Assembly: GCA_030390025.1 (NCBI GenBank)
Contig: JASTWF010000034.1
Span: 1,488,001-1,552,000, forward strand
Direction: 5' to 3'
DNA: 64,000 nucleotides
Origin: Squalus acanthias
Lineage: Eukaryota
A model generated the notes under the pieces. It saw nothing but the letters and a program-made list of their open reading frames with translations. It was not told the DNA's origin and searched no databases. The position numbers and the translations under genes are program-made. Position 1 is the first letter of the stretch; each line of letters starts with the position of its first letter. Below are positions 62,990 through 64,000 of the stretch, piece by piece.

Positions 62990-63680
62990 TCATAAAACGG
63001 GAGAAAATAGAATGAGATAAAACTAGCAAGATATATAAAAGCAGATAGTAAGAGTTTCTACAAGTATCTAAAAAGGAAAAGAGTAGCAAAAGTAAACATT
63101 GGTACATTGGAGACTGAGAAAGTAGAAATTATGGGGAATAAGGCAATTGCAGAAATGTTCAACAAATATTTTGTATCTGTCTTCAAAGTAGAAGACACAA
63201 AATGCATACCAAAAATGGTGGGAACCAAGGGTCTAATGAGAGTGAGGAACTAAATGTAATTGTTATAAGCAGAGAAAATGTACTAGAGAAACTAATGGGA
63301 CTGAGAGTCGACAAATCCCCTGGACCGGACGGCCTACATCCTAGGGTTCTAAAAGAGGTGGTTGATGAGTTAGTGGATGCATTGGTTTTGATCTTCCAAA
63401 ATTCCCTAGATTCTAGAATGGTCCCAGCGGATTGGAAGTTCGCAAAGGAGGGAGAGAAAAGAGGGAACTACAGGCCAGTTAGCCTGACATCAGTCGTCGG
63501 GAAAATGCTGGAATCCATTGTTAAAGAAGTGGCATCAAGTCACTTAGAAAATCATTACATGATTAGGCAGAGTTAACATGGTTTTATGAAAGGGAAATCG
63601 TGTTTGACAAATTTATTAGAGTTTTTAGAGGGTGTAACAAGCAAGGTAGATAAAGGGGAACCAGTGGATGTAGTATATGT
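62990..63680 (+). mobile_element. CR1 ORF2 internal fragment
   Basis: DKSPGPDGLHPRVLKE, NYRPVSLTSVVGK and GEPVDVV. Confidence 0.9.
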
Positions 63681-63699
63681 TCTTGTTAGAGCAGAGAAG

Positions 63700-64000
63700 C
63701 TTAAGAAACATAGAAATATGCAATCCTAGAAATTTATGGCACAGAAGGAGTTCTTTCGGCCCATCGAGTCTGTGCTGGTCGCGAAAGAGCTATCCACCCT
63801 AATCCCACTTTCCAGCTCTTGGTCCCTAGTCCTGTAGGTTGCGGCACTTCAATTGCACATCCAAGTACTTTTTAAATGTGATGAGGGTTTCTGCCTCTAC
63901 CACCCATTCCGGCAGTGAGATCTAGAGCCCCACCGCCCTCTGGGTGAAAAAGTTCGCCTCATCTCCCCTCTAATGCTTCTACCAATTACTTTAAATCTAT
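63700..64000 (-). mobile_element. CR1 3' end, running off the window
   Basis: AGAAACATAGAAA tail, GGCCCATCGAGTC, reverse of FTQRAV. Confidence 0.8.

Overview
Eukaryotic, almost entirely repetitive DNA. A cartilaginous fish (shark) is inferred from the repeat families, not proven. No complete host gene is visible. The window holds about a dozen CR1 LINE copies, one with an uninterrupted endonuclease-RT ORF2, plus fragments of L2, Tx1/L1 and another LINE family. It also has two solo LTRs with 4-bp TSDs, a Penelope-like element with an inverted terminal duplication and minimal hammerhead ribozymes, PIF/Harbinger DNA transposons and Deu-domain SINE pieces. Tandem arrays have units of 16, 24, 30, 47, 51 and 67 bp, and there is a 7.3-kb CT-rich array. 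Host-like remnants are a decayed C2H2 zinc-finger exon with a CpG-island promoter and a duplicated promoter/two-exon 5' gene fragment. The top hypothesis is that the CR1 ORF1/ORF2 junction carries an in-frame U_UUA_AAC slippery heptamer that would fuse ORF1 to ORF2 by -1 ribosomal frameshifting. Next are a 4-kb satellite built from the CR1 RT motif (W-x-x-V-x-S-G-V-P-Q-G-S-V-L-G) and the hammerheads in the Penelope termini. All identifications are by eye; no database searches were run.
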